This document shows, piece by piece, positions 38,001 to 53,105 of a DNA stretch of 64,000 bases (position 1 is its first letter; the number at the start of each line of letters is the position of its first letter). This DNA comes from Lingula anatina. Its lineage: Eukaryota; Animalia; Brachiopoda. The position numbers and the translations under genes were made by a program. Where the stretch lies: assembly GCA_051362555.1 (NCBI GenBank), contig CM120643.1, forward strand, positions 27,284,848 through 27,348,847, read 5' to 3'. Under the pieces are notes generated by a model. The model had not been told where the DNA came from. It searched no databases and saw only the letters and a list, made by a program, of their open reading frames with translations.

Positions 38001-38818
38001 GAACATTCTGACCTGAGAACTGAGTCAACCACATCAGTACACCAAGCACTGAAAGCCACTCCCTGTGCTGTGCCCTGGGTAGACGAGATATTTCCAGTTC
38101 TGCAAACACATGTCTGAGTGAGTCGTGATGAACACTGTACATTGACTGAACTCAGTCAGTTTCCTTTTTGCCACAAAATACATGTCTACTCATCCAGTAA
38201 ATTGTCCCAGACACTGTTTAGATAAGGTTTTGATGGCACTGAAATCTACAGTGTCTATTGTGCCTTCTTGCTTTTTTTCTGTTTTAAACTCACATCTGGC
38301 AGGGAATATTGCTCATAACGTCCCGTCAGCAGAGCTTCGGGCAGGCGCGACAAGAATATTCCCACAAAGCCAGAATTTGATCATAACCTCTACACTGCAC
38401 TCCCAAAACGCCATCGCAATTAAATTTGTCAACTTTCCAAATTTCCTGAATTACTACACTGATGATTTTGGACCAAGCAGCGCCCTTTTCCCCTCTCTCC
38501 CCTACCTTTCTGCCCCGGTTCTTGGCGTTGTTTAACTAATCAACCCCCATCACCCTCATTCATGCCGTCGCTCCCATATGTTATGTTAGAGGCTTTCGTT
38601 GGCGTATTTCCCAGAAAATATGCCATATTATTAGCGGTAATGGTACCTTACACCACTTTCAATTACATGAAAACTATAACACAAACGGTAAACATCCTTC
38701 GTGAAATCTAAAAGAAATAAACATTAAGACGTCTGCGTTATTAAGCCAGGATATTGTATATTATATATATTTTTAAGATGCTTTTGGGAAACAGGATAAC
38801 TTGGAAGTGTGTTACTTA

Positions 38819-39033
38819 GGGCGTATTCCCAGAGCTTTTAGATCGATCTATCCCCGCGGGGAGTCTCACTAGATTACTGTCAGATAATCCGGCTTAAATG
38901 TCCGTCCCGCCTACTACAAGCTTTAAGGGGGTAATTAACTTTCGTGCCCGCTCGGCTGGCAGCTATTTAGCGTGAACCCCCAGGGAGTTAGGTCGATCTA
39001 AAGTAGATCGATCTAATCGCTGGGAATGGGGTC
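38819..39033. mobile_element. PIF/Harbinger-like MITE (GATCGATC family), copy 1
   Basis: TTA flanks; ATTCCCAG..TAGATCGATCTA / TAGATCGATCTA..CTGGGAAT inverted ends; body matches 54013-54219. Confidence 0.75.
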
Positions 39034-40086
39034 TTAAACAGCCTCCCCATCTTATGGCAAATTATCCAGAAGTTGATTTAGACCGCTTTAAGTGGTTTGT
39101 TTTACTGATTCAACATTGCCAGCATGAAATTAGCTGTTTACCAGCTAAAACTATACAAATGCATTTTTCCTTTTGAAGAAAAAAGGATTTTGGATAATTA
39201 CTTGGCAAACGGACTACAAACAAAGAAGTCACGTGAAGTTACTGAAAGTGCTTGTGAATTATTCAATGTCTTGAACAGCGGGTGTCCACTTGTTAATCTC
39301 GCTCGTGCCAGTGACTTAAAGTCTGTTTCATAGCACTGCACAAATAACGTCTCTCAGACGTCACTGGCATAGTTCACCGGGCACCTCTATCCCGCTATAA
39401 TAACCTGCATGATTATAAGATATGGGAAGTAATATCCAAGTGACCGCGGTCAATGACATCTCTCACCTCAGTGGCGGTATACAGACAATTAACGTTCTTC
39501 GGTCGTCACTGATGACGGATTCATCACCATCGTATTTATTATTTATTATTTTTCATTTTGTTGATTCTATTATTTTCGATACTTCATAATACATGTCTTA
39601 TCTTTTATTGATAAATTTACTGCATATATTTATTTCTTTATTTCTTTCTTTCTTTATTTATTTCTTTCTTTATTTATTTATCGTTTTGGCCAACATAGTT
39701 GAGCAGAGACAATAACTGATCTTGTCCATTTTTTTAATACGATACTTTCGACAAACAGCTGAACGTTTATCTTTTTCCTATCACGATTAGGCAACGATAG
39801 CCGTATTATTACAGAAGCCAGACCAACCAAGTATTTGTGGTTAGCAAATCGTTGTTCAGATGTGTGTGTGTGATATTCTAAGTTCTAGTCAACTCTTGTT
39901 TTGATAATTGGAATGCTCCCCCACCATCTGTGTTATGGGATAGCGTTGTTATCTCACTGAGGTACATGTATCTCCTTTCAAACCAGAATAAAACTTTGAA
40001 AAAACGAAAGAAAAATAAATTTTATCGGTGATACTGGATTATCTTATCAATGATTTAAATGGCATTATTGCTTCATGACTGGGCTT

Positions 40087-40087
<1 letters not shown>

Positions 40088-40130
<43 letters not shown>
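40088..40130. repeat. (GA)n microsatellite
   Basis: Visible. Confidence 0.95.
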
Positions 40131-40131
<1 letters not shown>

Positions 40132-42743
40132 GGCTTCTCTGGCTTAATAACAGAATACTAATAATGCATGTTGACAACTCACCAGAATGTTCAAGTAGTC
40201 AAATAAGGCAAACCGCAGGATACAATCAGACTCTTCTATTCCTATATCTACTCAACAATAACCAACCTATCACTGGCAACAGTGGCTATTGCCCCCACAC
40301 TCCTTCTGGGCAATATACGCTTGTTATTGCTTTCCTGACCACAAACAAAAATAATTTCACTTGGACAAACTTCAAATAACGCTGGAAATGCCAATGTCGG
40401 TTGTTCACTTTGCCCCCATATACAGTGATTTGGACAAAAGGCCCCGATAATTACCTTGTCAATAATGATAAGTTGGAAAATAAACAATGTCTGCAGTGAC
40501 GACCGTGACTTAGAGTGGTGACGTGTATGTGCTTGTGTGCGCTTTTGTGTGCGTCTGCGCTCTCGCGTGTTTTCGTTAGTCTGTGTGTGTAAACGTACGT
40601 TTATGTTGGCGTATGCGTGTGTGCGTGTGTGTACGTGTGTAAGGAGCTCTTAGGAATGCTTGTCCAAAGATGCGTGCAGTAAATGACTAAAGAGAACATC
40701 AATCCCTATGCGTGTGCTTGTTTTAAGGAATGTGTGTATTTGTGCGTTTATCGTTCCAATGCGCCACTAATATCCAATCAACGATAGAAAACCTATTTAT
40801 TCAAAGGATTTCTACAAAAAGTGCACTCAAAGACCAAAGTCCTGGGAATTACAGCATTTTTTTTTCTTCTGTGTTAAGTACATTCTCCGAATACCCCCTG
40901 GTGCTTGGGAAACAAGAGATAGTTGAATAATGAAAAAAATTGAAAAAATAAACTCTTCATGATAAGTTAATACGTTCAATTCATTTTAACGAGTTTATAC
41001 CGCGGTTCTACCTGCATTCCAACCGCGGTTTACGTGCGTCTCTTCGCATGGAAGACACCTTATTGAAATCATATCTCTGTCTTTGATTAATCACGCTCTT
41101 CGATCACATCATCCACTGTGAGAATGTCGAAATAATGAATAGTGATCTATAACCTTCCTCCCTATCTGGATATCACTCAGAAGAAGAGCTGATTTCAAAG
41201 GGCAAGATGATTGGATTTTCTCTGATGAGAATTCAGACCGTTTACTGAAGACGAATTTATCCGTCCTGCTTACCTCTCCGTACTTTCGATGTTGTGAAAC
41301 GTAAAATATATGACAGAAGGTGCCGTTGATGTATTCTTAAATAATAATTATTAAAATAATAGAAACAACCAAATGCCCAAAATCTATGCACATAAACCTC
41401 TGTGAACGTGTAAGAAAAAGAGAACAATTGTCAAGCCAAGTAGCTATCGTTTTCTTTCATGTTAGATTAAAATGTTAAAATAACAAACTTGGAGATTGAT
41501 TGTATTAATAGATATACAAAAATTAAGTGCTCAAAATATCTTTTGTTTTGTTTTGTTTCAATCTAAAATTGACTGTGCGTTAGATTTACACCCTTCCATA
41601 ATCTGTATTGCATTGTATTTTTAGACTTAAGCTCCTTGGGGTTGGATATGATAATCATTGGGTTTTGTAATTGATTCTTGTAAATTTGCAGAAAAGAAAA
41701 GTAATAAATGGGAGCATTTATTAACGTCAGGTATCCAGATGGCGCCGTCAGGGGGTTCCAACATTACATCAAAACCACTGCGACCTTCCTCAATATGTAA
41801 GGGTAGAAATGAAAAGTTCAAAAGTATAATATAATCAAAAGTCTGCACAGATGAATTGCCATAAAAACCGTCAGTTGAAACTTCTATCTGGTTGTCAATC
41901 GCATATAACTACAAACGAACTCTTGAATGTCGTGGTTTTTTACAAATGTGATTTAATGATTGCTAAGCTTTTGTCATCCGAAATCTAAGACGGCTAGACG
42001 CGTTCGAGAAGGTGTAAAAGCGACCGGTAATGTTCATTCTGTGAGTACGGCCGCCAGTTCTGCACCACACTCAAACAACAAAACTTAAATAGAAAACCAG
42101 TCTTTGAAAAGACTGCCAGGAAATATAGCTGAGCGAGCTTTTTTCTCTGTTAAGTTATAACTGAAGACAATTGAAATTGCTTTGCCATTAATTTCTATGC
42201 TCATCTGTGATATTGTCCCTGTTATACCGTTGTTAAGTCGACTTTAGGCAGTCGGCTATCCCTTCTTTGCTGTCTTATCTTAAGTCAAAAGTGTTTGTCG
42301 TTATTTGCAGACACAGGAAGCAGGTAAGCCGAACCACCCCACTGTGTCCTAGGCAGTAAAGTCCTTGGTGGCGTCATTTGTATTGTAAACTAGTGTCAAG
42401 ACAAAAAAAAGGAAATTGTGTTTTGTTTCGCCTTTCAGAAATCCCTTTGATCCTCATTGCTCAGTTTGAACAGTTCTATCTGAGCGCGGGTCACTGGATA
42501 ATATTTGCTGACCTTGGAGTTCTCTGGAGTTTTAGTATAGCCGGGGCGACATATCATATCTTAAAAACAGGAAAAGAGCAGGGAAATTTGATGAGCATTT
42601 CCGTCGGCAAGGGAACTTCTCGGTTAGGGAACGGACATCAAGCATTATCGGAATCATCAGAGAATCGCGTCAGTGACTCGAACATCCTCGAGAAAATACA
42701 AAAATCTGATTCTGAAGGCACTCTCTGGTTAAGAGTGCAAGTT

Positions 42744-43373
42744 CAGGCCTACCCAACTACCAGACTCGGCACCTAAGGATCCTGAATTCACCGGTAGATC
42801 GGACCACACTACCCGTTTTCAAGGTGTGTGTCAGATCGCATTTCGGAGTATCAGTCAGAACACCGACAGGATGAGCCCACGCTCGGCTGTCACCTTGATT
42901 GGATAGTAAACGATTGTCGTAAAATAGCTATATGATTTTAAAACCGGGTGCATAAATTTGAAAAACACCTAGAATAACTTTAGACTGCCACATTTATCTA
43001 ATACAATGCAAAAAAAGTTCTATCAAAAGTGGTTAAAGCATTCAAACCGAATGTCGTGAAGTCCCCATATACCCCCATAGAGACAATAAAATAGATTACT
43101 CTAAAGTAAGAGTACAGTCTAAGGTTGTTCTTGGTGGTTTTCAAATTTATGCACCCGGTTTTAAAATCATATAGCGATTTTACGACAATCGTTTACTTTC
43201 CAATCAAGGTGACAGCCGAGCGTGGATGAGCCCGCGGTCGTCCTACAAAATTTGTTCCGGGTGTGATACTCCGAAATGCGATCTGACACACACCTTGAAA
43301 ACGGGTAGTGTGGTCCGATATACCGGTTAATTCAGGATCCTTATGTGCCGAGTCTGGTAGTTGGGTAGGTCTG
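42744..43373. mobile_element. 630-bp foldback element with ~220-bp inverted arms and 5-bp AAGTT flanks
   Basis: 42744-~42965 is the near-perfect reverse complement of ~43138-43373 apart from one internal divergent patch; AAGTT at 42739-43 and 43374-78. Confidence 0.85.
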
Positions 43374-45824
43374 AAGTTTTCTTTAAAGAAAACTGTTAAA
43401 CAGTTTCCTGCATCTGTTCCAGAAAAGCGTTCGTTTTGAAAAATACATTGGATACGAATATTTGCCAGCGTGGAAAGAGTCTGCGTGATAAACACACCGC
43501 AAGGGCCTCATCTAAAATGTAATGATCAAAAAGCTTTTAAAGGGTTGAAACATAACGAAATAAAGTACCTTTAAGTGTCATTCTGGTTTCTACAGGAAAT
43601 TGAGTCGTCGGCTTAATGTACTGCACCAGATAAACGCTCCAATTTGTTCTTTGCACCATTTCAAAGGAACCTCTACGACTTAAGTACGGCTTCATTGAGA
43701 AGGTGGTTAATACCTACCATGTGATTGCCTATGTTGTATGTAATACCACCACATGGTAAGACACTGCAGTAATAGCCAATACCGTTCACAGATTGTTATG
43801 TGTAAAACTGTCTATAATTCATGTTATTCATTCATCTTGATGTTATGGGGATACAGTCTTTATAATTGCACCATGGCACGATTCATTGCGCAATTATTAA
43901 AATTTGTTAGGTTATACTAACTAAATCATTAACTTGATTCTAGAGCGAATCTAGAACGTGCAGGTGCCTCGTTAGTCGACTTTTCCCCATTGATCTTCGG
44001 TTAAGATTGTCCTCAAAATCACGGAAGGCAATATCACTAACGGGCAAATCAATACCAGTGTGATCATCACAAAGGGGATCATTTACGCCCCCTTCGGCTT
44101 TCGATCCTCATTAATCAATTTTTTGAGTACTTAAACATGTAAACTAAAGATGTAACTGTCACCAGTTGAATGCCAGCAAGACTGTTAAAAGCTTTCAGCT
44201 ATAACCTGGAGACGCTGGCACTGAGCGCCTTGCTCCAGGTGCTTCACAAATTATCGTCCCTGCGATTTTAGAATATTGCATATGATATTTACAATAATCA
44301 GACGTTTGATGTATGAGAGACAGAGAGGGTTATAACATGCAATTTCCATATAAATTAGATTTAAAATTACCGAGGACTCCTATCTGACACGGGTTGTATT
44401 ACATAATGTTGACAGCGGCCCATCAGCAGCAAGACAAGAGAGATTGCGCGTGATTTTAAACCCATTACAGCATGTGGAAGCAGCATGCAGGTTGGTTTTT
44501 AGAGATAAATTTGAACCTAACCCTTTCATTCAGAACGCCTCTGTCGTTTATAGTACACCCTGAGTTTAAGTTTCCTCCACTCACAACATGTCTTTCTTCG
44601 AACTTCACTCGAACTTGTCCGTCTTAACTCTATCTCAACATCACGGCACTAGGAAAAGCGATATAAAAAACGGCAAAACATTTACGAACACAGACATTAA
44701 GCGTTGCCTCAACTCAGTTCAGTTTATGGGATTTCTTTTCGCCAATGTCTCGGTTTTTGACATGCCACTTTTTTCTCTCAATAAAATAGCTACCGACATC
44801 GAAGTGGTATTCATTTCAAGTGTTTTTATTATTTATATATTAGTAGTTGAGTCTATAAAATTGTTTTGTAACTAGAGTCCTTCACCTCCTTAAAGACGGC
44901 CTGCCTAAGCAAACAGAATAGCCATTTGAATGTAAGTCAATATATCACTATAAAGCTATTAGTAAAAAGCTTACATTTTTGCAAATACAAACAAGGCAGA
45001 TCAGTGACGAACAACTGCCAAGTAAAATAAAAAAAAACAACAATTTTTGTAGGTTTTGTATAGAGCTGGTCTTCACCGTTTTAAGCTGAACATTTTTTCA
45101 GACAAGAACAGAATATAAAACGGAGCACAGTTTTGCACAATATTCAGCACTCCTTGACATTCTTGTTACAAAAGCATAATTCACACCTCGCTTAGCTCTG
45201 CTAATATGTAACCGTACTTGAGGACAGTGTATTCCACTGTGCGTCGTAGAGCCAAGAAATGGGACATTTTCATGGATGCTACTTGTTCGTTTACTGTTCC
45301 TATATTATTATTATATTTTTTAATTTTGGGGGATGTGGGTTGGAGAAGAAGGTGGCACCTCAAAAGCTGTGGGGAGTCACGTGTTTCCGCCCCCCCCCCC
45401 CCCCTCCCCGGTTTTCATGGATCCACAGATATAATAGATAAATCCTACAGTTTACCAAGAATCAAGACAAACAACATCTTTGCCGCACCAGACATAAAAT
45501 CGGGTAATCTGAGTCATTTCCCCCTTTAAAACGCAATAAGGCGGTTTCCGATCAATCAGACTAATGGCGGTCAAATGTCCGTGCTCGCCACAGGTCACAA
45601 GGCGCCGTGTCCCTTCATTTTCTTGCCTTCTTATTCCTTGTATGCCCTATCTGTGCGGTTTCCTTGCATGTTTGTGTTAGTGTGCCTAGCTTTGGGAATG
45701 TGTTGGCTTTAGATGCATGTGTGGGGGAGCGAACATGTGTGTCCACGCAACAATTAAATGAAGAGAGCTTCAACTATACTTTTTTTGATCAGGCCTGGAA
45801 AGATTTTTTGAGTAATCAATAGCA

Positions 45825-45960
45825 GTGTGTTTGTATGCTTGTACATGTGCTCGTGCGCTATGCGTGTATGTGTGTTTGTATGCGTGTACATGTGCTCGTG
45901 CGCTGTGCGTGTGTGTTTGTATGCGTGTACATGTGCTCGTGTGCTGTGCGTGTATGTGTG
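45825..45960. repeat. ~40-bp (GT)-derived minisatellite, 3 copies
   Basis: GTGTGTTTGTATGC(T/G)TGTACATGTGCTCGTG(C/T)GCT(A/G)TGC repeated three times. Confidence 0.85.
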
Positions 45961-47045
45961 CGGTAGTGTGCAGGTAAAGAGAGAGAGAGAGAGAGCGAGG
46001 CCTTTCACTGTTCCTTAAAAGCATTACTAACAGACACTCCAATTATAAGAGTTATCAGGATTTCAGCGCCAAGTAAGACCGAGCAGGTTGACTATTGATC
46101 AGGACACTCAATTACTGCTGCCATTGAAAGATGATGATATAATCATGAAGGAATTAGACTCCATTGATTTGATTATAACCACATACAGTATATTCATGAC
46201 AGCAGATTAAAACTGGATTAAATCGGGCTTACACAGATTAGTCTTAATCGAAATTGTCAAATGGTTGTAATAAGTACATTTAGCTTTGAGTGCTCCACCG
46301 CATGTAGAAATTCTATTAGAAATGCGCTCTGCGTAGTGGTTTATAGTACTGTATCCGCCACACTGTACAGCAATAATAATACAATAAAAAGGGGCAGAAT
46401 ATCAATAAGACTGCAAAAGAAATTACATTCTTAATATTGCATATTTGAAAAGACTGTATAATTTATGAAAATAAAAAACCTCCTACGTACTTAAAATAAA
46501 TTAAAAGCACAAATTTATTTGACATTTTAATAGACAATGAAGGGCACATAAAACTGCACTGTTTATCGCATGATTTGGTATTTTAGTTTTTGGCGCGCAA
46601 TTTACCACCTGGTGCTTTACTGCCAACACGAATACACCTTGAAAACAAGATATTTTGTCTGCCGATTCTGACTGAACGATGTTCTCACGCAAGAAAAAAA
46701 ACGTGTTCGATTTTGTAAAAAAGCTTTTAACTTGATATATCAATCTTAATATCACTTAAGTTAACAGCTTGCCCTTCTGCTTGACTTATTATAAAATATG
46801 CTTCATTTATTTGACAGCTTTTTCCCGTTGGGCATTTTGTTTCTCGCTCCATCTCTTTCATTGGGTACACGTGTTGAAGCTGCGCGCAATAAAAAGAAAC
46901 TAATATGAACGTTAACAACCAATCCTCTCGACCTAGCTATCTCTCTGGGTCACTTTTACTTCTGTGGGCGTGAATTTGGCCTTTGTGAGATATTTGCCAC
47001 GTTTTGGACACCTCTCTCACTATTCTTGAAAGTACATAACATTTA

Positions 47046-47117
47046 GGGACCATTCCCACAGATATTTGGATCGATCTATCTCCCTAGATCGATCCAAATA
47101 TCTGTGGGAATGGCCCC
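47046..47117. mobile_element. Minimal 72-bp PIF/Harbinger-like MITE (TIRs only)
   Basis: TTA|GGGACCATTCCCACAGATATTTGGATCGATCTA-tctccc-TAGATCGATCCAAATATCTGTGGGAATGGCCCC|TTA. Confidence 0.8.
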
Positions 47118-50100
47118 TTAGATACGGTTTTACAGGCCCGAGTTACTGGCATTGTGAAGTGACATTTATTTTCCTAAATTTCAAATTTCATGATTCAACA
47201 ATAAAAAGTTCTTCAAGAGAACCAAAATTTGGGATATCTTTTTTGTTTTCTGTGCCGCTGAGTTTCACAACATGGCGTGCAGAAGAGAGTCTCCGGTGTA
47301 GCTCGGAAACTCAGAGTACTCTACGGGTCTGGAAAACCTGTCATAGTACCTGCTTTCTGTTGTTCTTGAAAGAGAGGGTTAAGTTTTATTAATTGTTTAA
47401 AGAGATTTATTGTTTTATCGTAAAATCTATACTTGACTAAATGCACTGGTTGGTTTATGCAATCCAACAAGCAGACATGACGGGGGTCACGTTTACACAC
47501 TCATATGTCCTTTATGCCTTTCAACTAAAACACTGTATTCTAAAAACGTCGTTTTTTCACAGGCAAGGGGTAAAATTACCTTAATGCACCAGTTTATTCT
47601 TGAAATGAAACACTTGCACATAATCAAAGGATTTCAGGGACATCAGAAGTTTTCTAAATGATATGGAACCCGCAGACAAACAGGAAAGGTGCAAAATGCA
47701 ATCAATTTGTCGCAAACAACGGCGGATTTTGTTCAAATTTTCTCCCTGTTGATATAAAAAATGAGCCCGCTGTTAGGATATAAGCGAACAAAAATGCATG
47801 GGAAAGAACTTGATATATAAGTGATAAAATGATAAAATGCCTTTTAAATTTAACACCATGTTTTAAAACACATAACTGTAGCCTACCAGGCACCTACATG
47901 TAGGCCTATAGTTGTAATAGTGCACCATTTCATGCAGAAAATGAAAGACATGCACGAAATCAAAGTATGCCAGTCACGACAAAACGTTTCTAAACATTAA
48001 ATCTACATAAAAAGGCGCTCAAATAATCAATATAATGCAAACATCAAGGAAATCTCGTAGGAAATCCGTGTTTTGTACTGGGGGTGCTGCTGGTAAATAT
48101 GGACGACATGAAAGGTATCACGGGGTTAGATGTGCATCGCTTTGTATTGTGACGTGTCGTGTTGTGATTGGTTGTGTTTTTATCACGTACTCTGTGATGT
48201 TTGTCACGACGTTTCGTTTTCTATAGAGCTGTATCGTCGAAACTTAAAAATTCATAGTTCACATTGCAGGATTTGAATATTTTTTAAAAAATGAAAAGTA
48301 CAAATTTGTCTGATATTCTCAATGGCAATATGGGCCACATTAAATAAAACCATTTCTTACATGATTCAATGTTTCCGTTTATGCAATTTGTCGCTGGTCA
48401 ATGCAAGTTTCTGCCATTTGTCTCTTTACATCACTGGAAGTCCCACACCTTTGCTAAAACGGTTGGGAGGCACGAGAAATAGTAGACGACGGTTTTACCA
48501 CAATGTGATGGTGATATGAACATTAATGTATGAAGCATTTTTAGGGTGGAGAATTTACTGAAAATTTACTGTCAGAAAATATCCCTGGATCCGCTCCTGC
48601 AAACACCAGACTTGCATCTTTGAAGCTCGTTGGCACCTGACCCAGTAGTTAATAAAGATCTTCCACGGTGTTCGCATGACTCTTCCCTCAAAGACGGTGC
48701 CGGGTTACCAAATCTAGTTAATCAATCCAATGCTGCATATTTTTCGCCATCAACCCACTAATAGTTATCAGTTCGTGTTTGCATATGCACCCTGAGCGTT
48801 AGAAATTACCTGAACTCACATATGATATCGTTCCTCAAGGCGACTGGAGAATGCTACTATTTGTAACATGGCAGAGGTGAGTTTCCTGGAATCTCCAAAA
48901 TTCAGGCTGTTATTGTACATGGCACGCACGCTGATAACAAAAAATAAATAAATAAATAAAAATAAAATAAAAATAAAAATAAAAAAACGAGCATCAATAT
49001 ACTCCAATATAAACCAATAAATATTAAGTTCTGAAACTCGAGTTGTTTTAGTTAATAACAAAAAAAAACATACAGATAATAGCAGTAGTTTTCAACATCC
49101 TAACAAACTCAGGGTGACTGCTATATAATGACCATAAGGAAATAGGTACATGTTGTGTCACTTTCTTATGTCATCCATGTATTTATTACCTTTTTTATAT
49201 ATGTTATGTATTATTTACTATTTAAATATGAAATAAATCAAATCATATAACACACCAGACAATAGCTGAACATCTCTGGTGAGCTATCATGTCAGACGAC
49301 CTGTTGCCATGACAACGCGCCCGTCTTTCCCAAACAAGATAAAATATAATATACGCATCCTATAGTCATGAAGATTCAGATAAACGATGAGTGAAAATCT
49401 TATGAGATAAAGCAACATCTGAACTACATGTATTATTTATTAAGCTCGACTCAGAGATGGAGGGAGAGTGGGCGAATGGGAAGTAATAATACCAAGGTCG
49501 TTTTTTACATCGATGAAACTGAAATAGTATGTAATAATTGTTCTCGCCCTTCTTGGGTGACGTTAAAATGAAAAAAATGATTTCGACAACTGTATTTGAT
49601 TTGTCGTTTTTAATCTTAGGATTTGGTGAGAAGCTATTTAACTGAGCTATTATATTGCTGTCATGTGCGAAGCCTTAAGTCGTCCTTACATTATTTTCAA
49701 AGGAATGAGCAGTGGAAAGGTTGCTGTTATTACAAATGACAGATCTAAGACCCATCACATTAACATATTAAGTGTTTTTTTTAACGTTTCAACGGTAGGA
49801 AGTTCCATTTTCTATCTCCATTTCTTGGTACTTACTTTACTAAATGTTTTCAATTGTGAACAGGGTCTTTGATTTCAATATTTCATATTTGCCTCTTCAT
49901 GTATAATTAAGATTTGGATTGATTCTATGAACATGTGGTAATCGTCCTCTATTATTGGTACATTTTGAAATTAAGAGCAACAGCAGCGATATCTATCCCC
50001 TTTATCTACCTTGTGGAAACCATCCTAATAGACTTTTAAATCATCAATCAAACAACGCAATCTGCTTCAAGATGCTCAGCACTGTCAGTAATAGGTGGCA

Positions 50101-51792
50101 TAAGGTTATAATGTGAATTATCTGTTCATTTGTTTTATCCAAGCCAGCTTGCAGTGCTCATGCAATCATTCCTTCCACTCGTGTTTTGCTATGTTTTGTA
50201 ACCTTAAGTTTAATTCCGTCAAAAATACATCCAGTTTCCCTGCTTTGTTATCTCTCCAGTAGAACTGTTGTGTGCCGTGTATCTGTAAATTGACAGTAAG
50301 TGATCAAGACATTCAACGCTCCCAAGACCGCTAAACCACCCTATGTTTCTAATGGTACAATATACCAGTTCGAACGACCACAAGGGTTTCAGCTAAATTA
50401 TCATGATTCTGTTTCACCCAGTGTTAGCCGAGTGTTGGGAATGTGTTAGTTTTGAATGTGTTAGTTGCGGCGTACAGTAATCAATCGATTGTGTTGGCTC
50501 GACTTGGAGTCGAGACTTCGCAGCAGACACATTCACGCGTTTGGTCACAGGATTGTTGATCCGGAATAAAAGCAGCGTTTTCTGTTTCAACTGAAAACCT
50601 CACTTACATTGAGTGTGTCACCTCAGCTTTTGAGTCCAGACAGCGTTATTTGACCCTAGCGAGGGCATGGATTTCAAATAACACGTATAAACCACCTTTA
50701 ATAGCCTTCATACGGTTCTAATAAAGACAATATCCCAAGGATTAAACCAAATTAATCATTTTATCAGTCATAAAAGAGACGTAAAATAAACTTGTTTAAT
50801 TTTTGTTTGTAAACTTTACCCCACTTATCAGACCTACTTGTCTACCCCATTTATACACAGTATAGAAAGCAAGCAGAAAAATCCGTTCAAGTGTCGTTTT
50901 CAGGTAATATAAAATGATGTTATTTGGTAGTTCTCCAAGTTATACTATTTGAACAGTGTGGTGAGGTTTGGTCGACTTTTGTGGCAAAAATTTGAGTTCA
51001 TTTGTACAGTACCTTACCCTGAGTGTCAGGGCACTGTACAGCTAGCTTGCTAACTATTTATACCTTTTCACGGAATAGCTTTACCAGTTGATCATTTTTT
51101 GCTGATATGAGTTATTTATGAAATCACGATCGAGCTGGCAATACTGAAATCTAGAACCTAGGCTAGCAGTACCTTTAATGTAGAAATAAAAATTATCTGA
51201 TGACAAATCGTTCATAGATGAGTTAAAATACCTCTTGTACTCTATCAATTTTACGGTGCTCCTTTATAAATGAAGACTTTTGTGTTATTATCAATTACTA
51301 ACAGACCATACAACAAACACTTCAGGGCATTCGCTCTTTCAAATGGAAAAAGGATCGATAATTACTTGTTGGGACACAAAATGTATCCCGTGTGTGTTTA
51401 TACTCTAGTAGGGGCGCTTAAATTGTGTGAAGAAAAAAAGCAGCCAATATATATATTTTTAGAGGTTTTGAATCAACTGATTTGCGACAGAGTGCATTAT
51501 CTGTATCAGATCAGATCACAACCGGAAGCAAGGCACTTAACGATGAAAATATCACCTAACTCCAGCAGTGTTGTGCATAGCATTTATTTCAGTGGTACTC
51601 AATAAAGTAAAATACATATACAGTGAACAATCTAAATTCCTATCGTACGATAGCCCTACCATAGTATATCCTTTTTTATATAAAATATCCGTTTAAATCA
51701 TATATATAGCGATCAACAGTTTCATCTGAAATAAAAAAAAAAACCTTAAATAACATAGGACGTACTTGACTTGAAGATAAACATGTATTTAA

Positions 51793-52029
51793 GTCTAGAT
51801 TACATTTGAAATTGCGAGGCCCGTACGGTGCGCGTATACTGCCCGTAATACCTTTTTCGTATGGAGTCTGAGCGGAGGTAGACGGTGGCCGTGCGAAATA
51901 GCACGGAACCGTATGGATTTAAGGCCATGTAATGTAGACATACTCAGCGTAGCCCGCAGCCCCTTACGATTTCAGAAAAAAATTGTACAATTTCACCGCA
52001 CGGAGCCCGTGTAAATGTAATCTATAGGC
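51793..52029. mobile_element. MITE-like element flanked by TTAA
   Basis: TTAA|GTCTAGATTACATTT ... AAATGTAATCTATAGGC|TTAA; GC-rich internal CCCGTA repeats. Confidence 0.55.
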
Positions 52030-52280
52030 TTAAGGGATAACAACTGTTCATATGAGATTCAAAGTTCCACAATGAATAAATTGTAAACAATGCATAGACA
52101 CAGACTAAATTCCATTTTACCACGAAAACGGTTCCTTTCGCAATTATTCTGAAATCTGTGCTTGTCATCGGACCACGTGGACCTTCAAAGATGACTACCC
52201 TCCGTAAAAATCTCTCTTAAAAGTTTTTACAAAAACTACACTTTAAAAATAACCAATTGATTAATTTGAATATCGAAACA

Positions 52281-52544
52281 CAGTGGCGGATTTAGGGGGT
52301 GTCAGGAGGGTCCTGACTCCCCTTCGATTTCTGAAAAAAAATCACACCAATGGTACCCTCTTGAAATTAGAATTCTGACTAGCTGAATCATAGTTCTACA
52401 CCATACAAAATGGCGCAGTCCGCTCTCTAAAATTCCAAAATTTTCGGTCACTTTCAGCGGGCCCCGAGCCCCACGCTAGGGGGGAAAGGGGGTCCGCTTT
52501 GCATGCGCGGACACCCTTTTCAAATAACCCTAGATCCGCCACTG
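52281..52544. mobile_element. hAT-like MITE
   Basis: CAGTGGCGGATTTAGGG ... CCCTAGATCCGCCACTG TIRs; flanks GAAACA/GAAACG (6 bp, 1 mismatch). Confidence 0.75.
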
Positions 52545-53105
52545 GAAACGGATTCATTAACAATGAGAAAATATGGGGAAAATGTCGTATACCCCAGACA
52601 CTCTTTTTTATGGCACTTTTCCTGCCATAATGAAAAGTTGTCATCCGTTTGAGTAAATGACAGGAAAATTTGCATAGTGAGAATGAACACATTGAATGCT
52701 AAGTTGCAAACTTGACATTTAAATATTTTCATACAAAACGTTAGAAATCAAATTATTTAAGGCGTTTGATCCTCAAGAAAGTATGACCAAGAAGTTGAAA
52801 GAGACACTTTTCTCTCAAATGGTGTCCTATAAAAAGAGTTCATGGCACTATTTATTTATAAGACTTAAATAATGATCTAACATTAAAACGAACTGAATAC
52901 AAAATAGTTTGATCGCGTGACATCGAGCTGGCAATAGTGTTCCTTTAGCAGCCTTTTAAAATAAAAACATTTTCACAGCGGCTGAAGTGTACAGGGTGAT
53001 ATATTGTCTCTGGTCTGCATTTGTTTGTTTAACTAAAAAAACACAATAAAAAAACACTATTTACAAGAACAAGATTCAAGAAACCTCTGCAAACTATTGT
53101 AAGGA

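Noticed and set aside
42378-42776. 132-aa ORF
   Set aside because: TTG start, runs into the foldback element, no recognisable motifs.
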